Below are positions 46,354 through 56,461 of a stretch of 64,000 nucleotides of DNA, one piece after another. The stretch comes from Acidobacteriota bacterium. Lineage in GTDB: Bacteria; Acidobacteriota; Thermoanaerobaculia; Gp7-AA8. Both the position numbers and the translations under genes were made by a program. Numbering within the stretch: position 1 is the stretch's first letter; every line of letters begins with the position of its first letter. Location: NCBI GenBank assembly GCA_021325515.1, contig JAJPHC010000054.1, positions 147,874 through 211,873 on the forward strand. Direction: 5' to 3'. A model generated the notes under the pieces. It searched no databases and was not told the origin of the DNA. It worked only from the letters and a program-made list of their open reading frames with translations.

Positions 46354-47927
46354 TTCTGCTGCTCAGCTCCCTGATCTGGATTCCGATCATCGCGGCTCTC
46401 GTGCTGGCGCTCATGCCCGGCTCGTGGGTGAACGCGATCAAAGGAATCGGCCTCTTCGTCTCCGCCGCGATGTTCGTCGTCTCGCTCGGCCTCGTCACGG
46501 GCTGGAGAGAAGGCTTCGCCGGCATGCAGTTCCCCGAGGAGCTCGACTGGATTCCTCAATGGGGGATCCGCTACGGCCTCGGCGTCGACGGCATTTCGCT
46601 CTGGCTGGTTCTCCTCACGACGCTGCTCACGCCGGTCGTCTTCCTCGCATCGTGGAACACGATTCACAAACATCCGAAGGCGTATGTGATCGCGTTCCTG
46701 ATCATGGAAGCGGGCACCGTCGGCGTCTTCGCCGCGACCGATCTCTTCCTCTTCTACGTCTTCTTCGAGCTGACGCTGCTGCCGATGTACGTGATCATCG
46801 GCGTTTGGGGCGGCAAGAACCGCATCTACGCCGCGGTGAAGTTCTTCCTCTTCACGATCGCCGGCTCGCTGCTGATGCTGCTCGGCATCATCTATCTCGT
46901 CTTCCAGCACTACCACGAAACGCAGCTCATCTCGTTCACGATCACCGATCTCTACGGCACCGCCGCGAATCTGTCGTCGTACACGCAGGCGCTGCTCTTC
47001 TTCGCCTTCGCGCTCGCGTTCGCGATCAAGGTTCCGCTGTTCCCGCTGCACACCTGGCTGCCTGACGCTCACGTCGAGGCGCCGACCGGCGGCTCGATCA
47101 TCCTCGCCGGCGTCATGCTGAAGATGGGGACGTACGGGTTTCTCCGCTTCGTCCTGCCGTTCTTCCCCGAGGCGACGGCGAAGTATGCGGGGGTGCTGAT
47201 CGCGCTGAGCGTCATCGGCATCATCTACGGCGCGCTGGTCGCCTGGGTGCAGCCCGACATGAAGAAGCTCGTCGCTTACTCATCGGTGTCGCATCTCGGC
47301 TTCTGCGTCCTCGGCATCTTCGCGCTGAATCAGACGTCGATCGAAGGATCGATTCTGCAGATGGTGAATCACGGTCTGTCGACGGGCGCGCTCTTCCTTC
47401 TGGTCGGCGTCGTATACGAGCGGCGCCACACCCGGCTTCTCGCCGACTACGGCGGCCTCGCGGAGACGATGCCGGTCTATGCGGTCTGCTTCGTGATCGC
47501 GATGCTGTCGTCGGTTGGGCTGCCGGGTCTCAACGGATTCGTCGGTGAGTTCCTGATTCTCAGCGGCTCGTTCCAGACGCACCCCACGGCGGCGATTCTC
47601 TCCGCAACGGGTGTGATCCTCGCCGCGATCTATCTGCTCTGGCTCATCCAGCGCGTCTTCTACGGCCCGATCACGAACGAGGAAAACAGGAACGTGCCGG
47701 AGATCGCATGGAACGAGATCGGCGCGCTCGTGCCGCTCTTCGTCTTCATCGTCTGGATCGGCGTGCACCCCAATACGTTCCTCAGCAGGATGTCGCCGAG
47801 CGTGCAGCAGTTGCTGTCGCAAGTGCAGCACGAGCGGGAGCACAAAGTCTTGCAGGCACGTGTAGGACAACCACCCGCGTTGTCCGGGCAAGCTGGAGAG
47901 CTTGCCATTCATGGAGGTGCGCGATGA
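46338..47927 (+). CDS. nuoM: NADH-quinone oxidoreductase subunit M (GTG start; may start at GTG 46350)
   Basis: Antiporter-like. Conserved WLPDAHVEAPTGGSIILAGVMLKMGTYG. Overlaps the nuoL end. Confidence 0.9.
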   Translation: MGDLVILLLSSLIWIPIIAALVLALMPGSWVNAIKGIGLFVSAAMFVVSLGLVTGWREGFAGMQFPEELDWIPQWGIRYGLGVDGISLWLVLLTTLLTPVVFLASWNTIHKHPKAYVIAFLIMEAGTVGVFAATDLFLFYVFFELTLLPMYVIIGVWGGKNRIYAAVKFFLFTIAGSLLMLLGIIYLVFQHYHETQLISFTITDLYGTAANLSSYTQALLFFAFALAFAIKVPLFPLHTWLPDAHVEAPTGGSIILAGVMLKMGTYGFLRFVLPFFPEATAKYAGVLIALSVIGIIYGALVAWVQPDMKKLVAYSSVSHLGFCVLGIFALNQTSIEGSILQMVNHGLSTGALFLLVGVVYERRHTRLLADYGGLAETMPVYAVCFVIAMLSSVGLPGLNGFVGEFLILSGSFQTHPTAAILSATGVILAAIYLLWLIQRVFYGPITNEENRNVPEIAWNEIGALVPLFVFIVWIGVHPNTFLSRMSPSVQQLLSQVQHEREHKVLQARVGQPPALSGQAGELAIHGGAR

Positions 47928-49381
47928 ACCTCACACCTCTGGTCGAAGCGGGGTGGATCAATGCGCTGATGCCGGAGCTGCTGCTCTGCGTTGGCGGCAT
48001 GCTGCTGATTCTGATCGACGCGTTTGCGCCGAAGAGCCGCAGCGTTCTCTCCGCGATCGCGGTCATCATCCTGGTCGCCACCGTGTGGGTCGAGCGGGCG
48101 ATTCCGGGCGGCCTGTTCTTCGGCGGCACGTACCAGATCAGCGAGATCACGCAGCTCTTCGACATGACGTTCCTCCTCGCCGCGATTCTCGCGACGCTCT
48201 TTGCGGGCGATTACCTGCAGCGGGAAGGAATCGATGGCGGAGAGTTCTACGCATTGTTGATGTGGGGCACGGTCGGCCTGATGATGATGGCCAAGGGCCT
48301 CGACCTCCTGATCGTCATCCTCGGTCTCGAGCTCGTCTCCATCTGCATCTTCGTGCTCGTCGGCTATCACCGCCGGCTCGTCATCGCCAATGAGGCGAGC
48401 CTGAAGTACTTCCTCATGGGGGCGTTCGCCACGGGATTCATCCTGTACGGCACGGCGCTCTTCTACGGCGCAACGCAATCGACGAACCTCACCGCGATGG
48501 CGCAGTGGTTCGCGACGAATGACGCGGCAGCGAATCCGATGCTGACCGTGGCGTTCGTCCTGCTGATGGCCGGGCTCGGGTTCAAGCTCGCGCTCGCGCC
48601 GTTCCACGGCTGGGCGCCGGACGTCTACCAGGGTGCGCCGTCGCCCGTCGCCGGCTGGCTGTCGGTCGCGCCGAAGGCGGCGACGCTCATCGCGCTCGCG
48701 CGCATCTTCTATGCGATGTCGCCGGCGCTTCCCCACGTGCAGTGGATGAAGATGGTCACCGCGCTGTCGGTGCTGTCGATGATCGTCGGCAACGCCGTTG
48801 CGATCGTGCAGCGCGACCTCAAGCGCATGCTCGCCTACTCCGGCATCGCGCACGTCGGCTACATGATGATCGCCATGATCACGCTGCGCGACGATTCCGT
48901 CGCCGCGATCGCGATTTATACGATCGTCTACGCGCTGATGAACATCGGCGCCTTCGGCGTCGTGTCGCTGCTGTCGAAGAATCAGAACGATCCGCAGACG
49001 CTGGACGACATCGCAGGGCTCTTCTGGCGGCGGCCGTTCCAGGGCTTCGCGATGACGATCTGCATGTTCTCGCTGTCCGGCCTTCCGCCGACGGCAGGGT
49101 TCATGTCGAAGTTCTACATCTTCAAGAACGCGATCGAGTCGGGCCATACGGCGATTGCTCTGACCGGCATCATCACCAGCATCGTCTCGGTCTACTACTA
49201 TCTCCGCGTCGTCTACTTCATGTTCATGAAGGATGCGACGGAGGCGACTCCGGGAACCGACAGCGGCGTTTTTGCGACGGGTGCGATGGCGATCTCGATT
49301 CTGGGCATCATCGGCATCGGCTTGTTCCCCGGACCGCTCTTCAGGATTGCAGGACAGGCAGCAAGCGAAATCTTCCGTTGA
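47924..49381 (+). CDS. nuoN: NADH-quinone oxidoreductase subunit N
   Basis: The start at MNLTPLVEAGW overlaps the nuoM stop (ATGA). Conserved GWAPDVYQGAPSPV motif. Confidence 0.9.
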   Translation: MNLTPLVEAGWINALMPELLLCVGGMLLILIDAFAPKSRSVLSAIAVIILVATVWVERAIPGGLFFGGTYQISEITQLFDMTFLLAAILATLFAGDYLQREGIDGGEFYALLMWGTVGLMMMAKGLDLLIVILGLELVSICIFVLVGYHRRLVIANEASLKYFLMGAFATGFILYGTALFYGATQSTNLTAMAQWFATNDAAANPMLTVAFVLLMAGLGFKLALAPFHGWAPDVYQGAPSPVAGWLSVAPKAATLIALARIFYAMSPALPHVQWMKMVTALSVLSMIVGNAVAIVQRDLKRMLAYSGIAHVGYMMIAMITLRDDSVAAIAIYTIVYALMNIGAFGVVSLLSKNQNDPQTLDDIAGLFWRRPFQGFAMTICMFSLSGLPPTAGFMSKFYIFKNAIESGHTAIALTGIITSIVSVYYYLRVVYFMFMKDATEATPGTDSGVFATGAMAISILGIIGIGLFPGPLFRIAGQAASEIFR

Positions 49382-49385
49382 TCTC

Positions 49386-50051
49386 ATGTCCCAACGCGCG
49401 CCTGAACGCGAAGCGATCTCGGAGCTGACCACCGGCCGGCTGTCCGTCTATCTCCGCTGCCTGACCTTTCTCGAATCGATCGGGCAGCGGACCGTGTCTT
49501 CGCACGAGCTCGCGGAGCGCTTCCATCTCAACTCCGCGCAGATCCGCAAGGACCTCGCGATCTTCGGCGAGTTCGGCACGCGCGGCGTCGGCTACAACGT
49601 GGCGACACTGCGCGAGCACCTCATCCACACACTCGGTCTCGATCGCACCCGTAACGTGATCATCGCCGGCGCCGGCAACCTCGGCATGGCGCTCGCCGAC
49701 TACGGCGGCTTCAACGAGGGCGGCTTTCACATCATCGCGCTCGCCGACAGCGATCCCGCAAAGTTCGGCAAGACCTCCCGCAGCGGCATCCCCGTCGTAC
49801 CGTTCGCGTCTCTCAGCACCACGATCCGCACGAGCTCCGTCGAGATCGGCATCATCGCCGTCCCTTCCCCCGCGGCCCAGCACACCTACGACGCACTGGT
49901 CGATGCCGGCATCTGCGCAGTACTCAACTTCGCGCCGATTCAGATTCGCCTACGCCCCGGCGTGAAGCTGAAGTCCGTCGACCTGCGCATCAACCTCGAG
50001 TCCCTCTCGTTCTATCTTAAGAACGTGGAAGACGGCACCTGCGGCTTCTGA
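49386..50051 (+). CDS. rex: redox-sensing transcriptional repressor Rex
   Basis: N-terminal winged helix (RLSVYLRCL...). Rossmann/CoA-binding fold (VIIAGAGNLGMALADY). Immediately follows nuoN. Confidence 0.8.
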   Translation: MSQRAPEREAISELTTGRLSVYLRCLTFLESIGQRTVSSHELAERFHLNSAQIRKDLAIFGEFGTRGVGYNVATLREHLIHTLGLDRTRNVIIAGAGNLGMALADYGGFNEGGFHIIALADSDPAKFGKTSRSGIPVVPFASLSTTIRTSSVEIGIIAVPSPAAQHTYDALVDAGICAVLNFAPIQIRLRPGVKLKSVDLRINLESLSFYLKNVEDGTCGF

Positions 50052-50053
50052 TG

Positions 50054-50395
50054 TCAGGGATGAGGCGCGCTTCCCCGAAGCGCAACATCGATGCGCGCAA
50101 GAAGTTCGTCGAGTGCAACGGATAGTTGGGGAACCAGCTGGCGGGCACGATCGAGATCGTCTTCTGCTGCGGCTGCTTCGACGGCCGCCGCAATGTCGAT
50201 CACCGCGGCCCCCGGAAAGTTGCTGACACTCCCCTTCAACTTGTGCGCCGCCAGGTACAACGCGCGCGCATCGCTGCGCTCCAGAGCCGACTGAATGTCC
50301 GCGAGCGACAAGGGCGTCTGGCGCGCGAGCACCTCACGCACACGCGCGAGGAGGCGCAGGTTGCTGCCGACTGCCGCCAGAATCGAATCGCTCAA
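50054..50395 (-). CDS. HPt (histidine phosphotransfer) domain protein
   Basis: 113 aa with AHKLKGS phospho-His motif. Overlaps the upstream SARP-receiver gene (ATGA). Confidence 0.65.
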   Translation of the reverse strand: MSDSILAAVGSNLRLLARVREVLARQTPLSLADIQSALERSDARALYLAAHKLKGSVSNFPGAAVIDIAAAVEAAAAEDDLDRARQLVPQLSVALDELLARIDVALRGSAPHP

Positions 50396-51531
50396 AGCGC
50401 TGCGCGCTCACGCCGCTGCAGGATGCTGCGAATGCGGGGCAGCAATGCATCCTTGCGGATCGGTTTCCGGAGGAACCCCGCGGCACCGAGCTCCAGCGAC
50501 CTTGCCTCGATCTCCGCACCGGCGACTCCGGTAATGAAGATCGCCGGCGTCTGAATCCCCTTCTGCATCATGATCTCGAACAGGCGGAGACCATTCAGCG
50601 TCGGGAGATTGATGTCGACGATCAGCAGATCGAAGCGCCGCCGCCCGAGCTCGAGGAGCGCCTCTCCTCCATCGGGCACGACCACGACTTCATAGCCCGC
50701 ATCGATCAGATACTCCTCGATGAGAGCCGAGGAGACGGCGTCGTCTTCGACGAGAAGGACGAGCACCGGGCCATCGGGACGGGCGGTCTGCACTTCGCGC
50801 GGCGCAGGCGAGCGCTCGAGCGCGGCGACGATCTCTTCGTGCACACGCTCGGTCTCCTGACTCGGCTCGCGCTTGAAGTCGCGCCGGAGAATCTCTGCAC
50901 ATTCCTGATACCGCCGCAGCGCAGAGTCGGGCCGTCCCTGCTCGAGCTGGAGCCGCATCAGCGTACGATGCACGACTTCCTGCGACGGATCGAGCGAGAG
51001 CAGCCGCCCCGCCGTGTCCACCGCGTTTTCCCACCAGCCGGCCTTCACCTGCGCTGCGAGCAAACGGCCGAAGACGGCAATCGCAGCGTGCCAGTACTTG
51101 AGACGCTGTACCGCCACCCACGCATCGAACGGTTCGATCTCGCTGATGAAATTCTCGAGCAGGCTGCCGCGGTACAACTCCGCCGCTTCGCGAACGGCGT
51201 TGATCGACTCCGACTCCCACAGCACGTCGAATCGCTGCGTGTCGACCACGACATTGTCAGGATGAAAGCGGACGGATTCCGAATCTTCGATGATGACGTC
51301 GGGCGGCAGAAAGCGGAGGGCGTACTGGATGTCGAGGATGAGTGCCCGCAGCGCCGTCACGTCGCCGGTTCCGAAGATCAGCTCGCTTGCCTCGGCCAGC
51401 GAGCTCTTCTCTCCCCTCAGCGCCAGGTAGACGATCAGCGCTCTCGCTTTGCGATTGCCGATCGAAAGAGCGTTGCCCCGGTGATCGATCGCTGACAGAC
51501 CACCGAACAACCGAATACGTAGCAGCGTCAT
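50392..51531 (-). CDS. SARP/AfsR-like regulator (winged-helix DNA-binding plus BTAD) fused to a C-terminal receiver domain
   Basis: N-terminus LRIRLFGGLSA...NRKARALIVYLAL (OmpR-like wHTH of SARPs) then a TPR-like BTAD. C-terminus VLVLLVEDD...DLLIVDINLP...RKP receiver motifs. Confidence 0.75.
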   Translation of the reverse strand: MTLLRIRLFGGLSAIDHRGNALSIGNRKARALIVYLALRGEKSSLAEASELIFGTGDVTALRALILDIQYALRFLPPDVIIEDSESVRFHPDNVVVDTQRFDVLWESESINAVREAAELYRGSLLENFISEIEPFDAWVAVQRLKYWHAAIAVFGRLLAAQVKAGWWENAVDTAGRLLSLDPSQEVVHRTLMRLQLEQGRPDSALRRYQECAEILRRDFKREPSQETERVHEEIVAALERSPAPREVQTARPDGPVLVLLVEDDAVSSALIEEYLIDAGYEVVVVPDGGEALLELGRRRFDLLIVDINLPTLNGLRLFEIMMQKGIQTPAIFITGVAGAEIEARSLELGAAGFLRKPIRKDALLPRIRSILQRRERAAL

Positions 51532-51616
51532 GAGAAGACCGCGAACGAGATTAGCACAAGATTCCGAGGAAGGACTGGCTCGCCACTTGCTCTTCCAGCG
51601 AACAGGAGAACATGAA

Positions 51617-51907
51617 ATGAAGACGTCGATTTACTCGCTGATCGCAGCCGCTTCGCTTGTGGTTTCGCTCAATGCATGCTCGAACTGGAACCGTGTCACA
51701 CCCAAGCCGCTCGACAATACGGCGATCGAAACCGAGGTGCGTAAGAACCTCACCGCCGACGGCATCACCGGCCTCCATATCGATGTGAACGGCGGGGTCG
51801 TCACGCTCGACGGCCATCTCAGCGCATCCGACAGATCGAAAGCGGTTGCGGACACGCAGAAGGTGCCCGGCGTCACGCGCGTCGTCGATCACATCAGCGT
51901 GCCGTAG
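51617..51907 (+). CDS. BON-domain lipoprotein (OsmY-like)
   Basis: Lipobox (SLNAC). BON-domain pattern (..LHIDVNGGVVTLDGHLSASDRSKAVADTQKVPGVTRVVDHI). Confidence 0.7.
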   Translation: MKTSIYSLIAAASLVVSLNACSNWNRVTPKPLDNTAIETEVRKNLTADGITGLHIDVNGGVVTLDGHLSASDRSKAVADTQKVPGVTRVVDHISVP

Positions 51908-51921
51908 TTGGATCGGCAACA

Positions 51922-51956
51922 GGCAGCAGGAGAGGACCAGCTCCATCCTGCTGCCT
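51922..51956. terminator. 10-bp-stem hairpin between the convergent BON gene and 51956..52723 (possible bidirectional terminator)
   Basis: ggcagcagga-N15-tcctgctgcc then tcattt. Confidence 0.45.
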
Positions 51957-52723
51957 CATTTCGCCGGCGCGTCGAACGCCCCCTTCGGCGGCTCAGGGAG
52001 AACCTTCAGGTCGTCGAGGTGAATGCTGCTCGCCTTTCCGCGAATCTCGCGCTTCGTCGAGATCAACAATCCTCCGACGCGCCGGTAGTCGTGAAAGTAG
52101 ACCGACATCGGCACGTCGTCCGCCTTCATCGTCTGCAGCCGCATGTCCCATTCGTCGACGATGCCGCTGTCGCGATTGATCCACATCCAGTACACATCGT
52201 TGGGCGTGAGGCCGTAGTTCGCATCGAACGTGAGCTTCACCACGTCCCACGAGTGGCCGCAGGAGTCGTCTCGCTCTCCGACGTACTCGCGATGGACGCC
52301 GGCATCCATCGACTTGAGCGGCATGAGCAGCCAGTACGTGTCGTTGATGAAATGGCGGAAGCCGAGGTCGAAGATGCCTGACTCGTTGATCTCGATGCCG
52401 TTCTTCCATGCACGTCCCTGCTTCGTGTTGACGTTCATGATGACAACGAAATCATTTCCCTGCGGATCGCGGCCGCTGACGCGGTACTGGCCGGTGACGC
52501 GGTCCCATCGCTGCGGAAAGGACGCCGTAATCTTTCCGTCGTGAACGATGTTGTACGCGAAGGAAAAGTAGCGCGCTTTCTCCCACGCCGGTCCGGCGAG
52601 CACGTCGATTGCACGTCTGGCGAGATCATCCGCCGCCGGCGCAGCCGTTGCCGGCTGCTGTGCCCGTAAAGGCGTCATGATCGATGAAAGAATGATTGCG
52701 CTGAAAATGATGCGGACACGCAC
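51956..52723 (-). CDS. secreted hypothetical protein (255 aa)
   Basis: Signal peptide (MRVRIIFSAIILSSIMTPLRAQQ). No family recognised. Confidence 0.55.
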   Translation of the reverse strand: MRVRIIFSAIILSSIMTPLRAQQPATAAPAADDLARRAIDVLAGPAWEKARYFSFAYNIVHDGKITASFPQRWDRVTGQYRVSGRDPQGNDFVVIMNVNTKQGRAWKNGIEINESGIFDLGFRHFINDTYWLLMPLKSMDAGVHREYVGERDDSCGHSWDVVKLTFDANYGLTPNDVYWMWINRDSGIVDEWDMRLQTMKADDVPMSVYFHDYRRVGGLLISTKREIRGKASSIHLDDLKVLPEPPKGAFDAPAK

Positions 52724-52785
52724 GGTTACACCTCACGAGAGATTTGGGGCGCGATGCTACCATCGCGCTTCGAAGCAAAAGGCGA

Positions 52786-54033
52786 ATGAACGACGAGCGG
52801 ATCGTCATCAGCGGGCTCGGCGCACTGAGTCCGAACGGCATAGGACGCGAGCAGTATTTCGCCGCGCTGAGCGCGGGGCGCAGCGGCGTGCGCAGGATCA
52901 CGCAGTTCGACGCCTCTTCGCTTCCCTGCCGCGTCGCCGGCGAGATCGACTTCGACCCCGCGACGTGGATCGATTCGAAAAACCTCAAGCACGTCGGACG
53001 CGTCGTGCCGATGGCGATCGCCGCAACCGATGAAGCGCTGCGCGACGCGCGGCTCGACCCGCCGGCCATGACCCTCGAAGAACGCCGCAACATCGGCGTG
53101 ATGCTCGGCTCGGGCGGCGGCGCGATCGAGTTCAGCGAGCGCATGTACGAGCTCTGGTATCGCGGCGCGTACAAGCAGGCCTCGGTCTATGCCATCCCAT
53201 CGGGAACTCCGGGAACACTCGCCTCTGAAATCTCGATGGCCTATGACCTTCACGGTTTCTCGCATCTCATCTCCACCGGCTGCACGTCTTCGACGGATGC
53301 ACTGGGCTACGCGTTTCGCAACCTGAAGCTCGGCGTGGTTGATTACGTCATCGCCGGCGGTGCGGACGCGACGATCACCGAAGGGATCATGACCGGCTTC
53401 TGCATCATGCGAATCGTCTCGAGCTCCTACAACAGCAATCCCGAAGCGGCGTCGCGGCCCTTCACGAGGAACAGGGATGGATTCGTGCTCGGCGAAGGTG
53501 CATGGATGTTCGTGATGGAGCGCGAGTCGACGGCACGCGCGCGCGGCGCGCATGTCTACGCCGTCGTCTCAGGCTATGGATCGACGTGCGATGCGTATCA
53601 TCGTGTACGGATGGATGACTCCGGCGAAGAGCCCGCGCGCGCGATGCAACTGGCGATGAAGGAAGCGGGTGTCGCGCCGGAGCAGATCGGCTACATCAAC
53701 TATCACGGCACGTCGACGGAGCTGAACGATCGCATCGAAACGCGTGCCGTGAAGCGCGCGTTCGGCAGACATGCGGCGCGTCTCGCGGGCTCGGCGACGA
53801 AGTCGATGATCGGACATCCGCAAGGAGCCTGCGGTGCCGCGGGAGTCGCAGCGACGCTGATGGCCTTCCGCGACGGCGTCTTCCCTCCGACGATCAATCT
53901 CGACACGCCGGATCCGGAGTGCGATCTCGACTACATCCCTGATTTCGGACGGCGCGCCGAGCTCGAGGCGGCGGTCTGCAATACGATCGCGTTCGGCTCA
54001 AAAAACTCCGCGCTGGTGCTGACGCGGCCGTGA
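52786..54033 (+). CDS. beta-ketoacyl-[ACP] synthase I/II-like (KAS), stand-alone
   Basis: IVISGLGALSPNG...; active-site Cys region (STGCTSS); HGTST and GH..GA..A motifs. The start is taken at MNDERIV. Confidence 0.9.
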   Translation: MNDERIVISGLGALSPNGIGREQYFAALSAGRSGVRRITQFDASSLPCRVAGEIDFDPATWIDSKNLKHVGRVVPMAIAATDEALRDARLDPPAMTLEERRNIGVMLGSGGGAIEFSERMYELWYRGAYKQASVYAIPSGTPGTLASEISMAYDLHGFSHLISTGCTSSTDALGYAFRNLKLGVVDYVIAGGADATITEGIMTGFCIMRIVSSSYNSNPEAASRPFTRNRDGFVLGEGAWMFVMERESTARARGAHVYAVVSGYGSTCDAYHRVRMDDSGEEPARAMQLAMKEAGVAPEQIGYINYHGTSTELNDRIETRAVKRAFGRHAARLAGSATKSMIGHPQGACGAAGVAATLMAFRDGVFPPTINLDTPDPECDLDYIPDFGRRAELEAAVCNTIAFGSKNSALVLTRP

Positions 54034-54677
54034 AGCGCATCGACGAGCCGGAGCTTCTCGACGAGCAGGACGCGCCGCGCGAGGACATGGAGCGCTCGCT
54101 TCGCGACCTTCGCCGCATCAACAAATACCTCGGCGGCCGCGCGATCTATCGCCGGCTGCTCGCGAAATGGGCCGGCAGCAGTCCGGCGCCGGCCAGCGTG
54201 ATCGATATCGGCACCGGGACGTCCGACCTCCTCGAGCAACTCGGCGGATTCCGCGTCGGAGTCGACTTCAAGATCGAGCACCTTCGATACTTCCGCGATC
54301 CGAAGATCCATCGCGTCGTCGGCGACGCGCGGCATCTTCCCTTTCGCGACAACGCCGCCGATGTCGTGACGTCCGCTCACTTCTTTCATCACTTCACGCC
54401 GGACGGCAACGCGCACATCCTGACGGAATCTCTCCGTGTCGCGAGCAGGGGCGTCGTCGTGAACGACACGCAGCGGCACAGGCTTCCGCTGCTGTTCGTC
54501 CAGTTCCTCTGCCTCGTGCGCGTGTTCGGCCGCATCACCCGCTTCGACGCACCCGGCTCGATCCGGCGGGGCTACACGATCGATGAAGTCCAGCACATCG
54601 TCGATCGGATCACGGCGGCGAAGAAGCGGATCGTGAGCGCATGGCCGTTTCGATTCGGGATTCTGTTGTGGAAGTAG
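54030..54677 (+). CDS. class I SAM-dependent methyltransferase
   Basis: VIDIGTGTSDL SAM-binding motif. Overlaps the KAS stop. Confidence 0.75.
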   Translation: MKRIDEPELLDEQDAPREDMERSLRDLRRINKYLGGRAIYRRLLAKWAGSSPAPASVIDIGTGTSDLLEQLGGFRVGVDFKIEHLRYFRDPKIHRVVGDARHLPFRDNAADVVTSAHFFHHFTPDGNAHILTESLRVASRGVVVNDTQRHRLPLLFVQFLCLVRVFGRITRFDAPGSIRRGYTIDEVQHIVDRITAAKKRIVSAWPFRFGILLWK

Positions 54678-55783
54678 ACGTCGCGATCATCGGCGCGGGA
54701 CCGGCCGGCTCCACGCTGGCCGCGCTGCTCGCGAAGCGCGGCCACGCCGTCCTGCTGATCGACCGCGACACCTTCCCGCGCGACAAGGTGTGCGGCGAGT
54801 TTCTCTCGTACGACGCGCTCCCGGTGCTGGAGCGCATGGGAGTCGATCTCCGCGGCGCATCGGCCATCGATCGCTGCCGGATCGTTTCGCGGCGTCGCAC
54901 GTACGAGTTCCCGTTTCCAAACGAAGCGCGCGGCATCTCGCGGATGCTGTTCGACGATCTGCTGTATCGCACGGCGCTCGCGAATGGGGCGGTGGCACTC
55001 GAAGGCGAGCCTGCGATCGGCGATCATCGGGCGCTCACCTGCAACGGAGTCGAGATCAGGAGCAAAGTGATTGCCGGCGCCTGGGGGCGCTGGGGCCGCT
55101 TCGATCAGCAGCTGTCGCGAGCCTTTATCCGCGACCGCACGCATCGCAGCTTCGGATTCAAAAGGCACTATCGGGGAAGACACGAACCGGGTGTCATCGA
55201 GCTCTACTCCTTCGCCCGCGGCTATCTCGGCGTCAATGATGTCGAAGATGGAATCACGAACATCTGCGGACTCGTGCACGGCGATCGTCTCCGGCAGCAC
55301 CGGGGAAAGTGGGAGAGCTTCGTCGAGGAGATCCGGCGAGAGGAGCAGCCGCTCGACGCGTTGTACGGACGCTTTGCGCCGGCGCAGCAGAGTTTTCTTT
55401 CCAGCGATCCGGTGATCTTCCGCGCGCGTTCGGCCGTGGAGCAGGGAGTGTTCATGGTCGGCGATGCGTCGGGAGTCATCGATCCGCTGACCGGCAACGG
55501 GATGGCGATGGCGATCCAGTCCGCGCTCCTCGCTGCGCCGCACATCGAGAAGGCGCTGCACGATCGCGGTGCGGCGGAGGATGCCTACCGCCGCGCACAC
55601 GCGGCGATGTTCGCGCCGCGAATCGCATGGAGCCGGAGCGTGGCGCGGCTCCTCTCCCATCCGGCGGCACTCGATCAGGCGCTGCGCTTCGCGCGAACGC
55701 CGGCCATCGGCGGCTTCCTGCTGCGCCGCACGCGTGCCGCGCGCGAACAGATCGAACGTATGGCCGATCGATGGTTTGTGTAG
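54641..55783 (+). CDS. FAD-dependent oxidoreductase (geranylgeranyl-reductase / halogenase-like family)
   Basis: DVAIIGAGPAGS dinucleotide-binding motif. GD..G..DP motif (GDASGVIDPLTGNGM). Confidence 0.8.
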   Translation: MAVSIRDSVVEVDVAIIGAGPAGSTLAALLAKRGHAVLLIDRDTFPRDKVCGEFLSYDALPVLERMGVDLRGASAIDRCRIVSRRRTYEFPFPNEARGISRMLFDDLLYRTALANGAVALEGEPAIGDHRALTCNGVEIRSKVIAGAWGRWGRFDQQLSRAFIRDRTHRSFGFKRHYRGRHEPGVIELYSFARGYLGVNDVEDGITNICGLVHGDRLRQHRGKWESFVEEIRREEQPLDALYGRFAPAQQSFLSSDPVIFRARSAVEQGVFMVGDASGVIDPLTGNGMAMAIQSALLAAPHIEKALHDRGAAEDAYRRAHAAMFAPRIAWSRSVARLLSHPAALDQALRFARTPAIGGFLLRRTRAAREQIERMADRWFV

Positions 55784-55789
55784 GACACT

Positions 55790-56461
55790 ATGTGCATGGC
55801 ACCGATTCCGGAGGGGGAGTTTCTGCTGCCTCTCTTCCCCCTGCCCAACATGGTGTTCTTTCCGAACACGCGAGTGCCGCTTCATGTCTTCGAGCAGCGC
55901 TACCGGCAGATGATCACCGACGCGCTCGATACCGATCAGCGAGTCGGGATCGTGCTGCTGAGACCCGGATGGGAAGCTGACTACTTCGGCGCGCCGCCGA
56001 TCCATCTCTGCGGAACCGTCGGGACGATCGAGCAGGCGGTGCCGCTCGAGGATGGGCGCTTCAACATCCTCCTGCATGGTGATGTGCGATTCCGCGTCGT
56101 CGATGAGGTATCGAGCATTCCTTATCGGACGGCGCGCGTGATCGCACAACCCGAATCGCATCGAACCGTGGATCAGGCGTACGCGCAACGGGAGTGGCTC
56201 GCGGATCTCTCGCGGCAGTACCTGCGATATCTGCCCGAACAGTCGGCAGTGCCGGAGATCGACACCGTCGGTCTCGACGCGCTGACGAATGCGCTCATCA
56301 TGTCGCTCAATCTGGAGGTCGAGGAGAAGCAGCGCCTCCTCGAGATCGACGACATGATCAGCCGCGCCGAAAGCGTCGGCAACGAGCTCACGTCACGCAT
56401 CGAGAGCCTTCGCTTCCTGGCCCCCTACCGCCGCGAAGGCGGCGACCCCGCCCAAAATTAA
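55790..56461 (+). CDS. Lon protease N-terminal (LON substrate-binding) domain protein
   Basis: LPLFPLPNMVFFP..PLHVFE.RY..M motif of the Lon N-domain. 223 aa with no ATPase or protease domain. Confidence 0.75.
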   Translation: MCMAPIPEGEFLLPLFPLPNMVFFPNTRVPLHVFEQRYRQMITDALDTDQRVGIVLLRPGWEADYFGAPPIHLCGTVGTIEQAVPLEDGRFNILLHGDVRFRVVDEVSSIPYRTARVIAQPESHRTVDQAYAQREWLADLSRQYLRYLPEQSAVPEIDTVGLDALTNALIMSLNLEVEEKQRLLEIDDMISRAESVGNELTSRIESLRFLAPYRREGGDPAQN

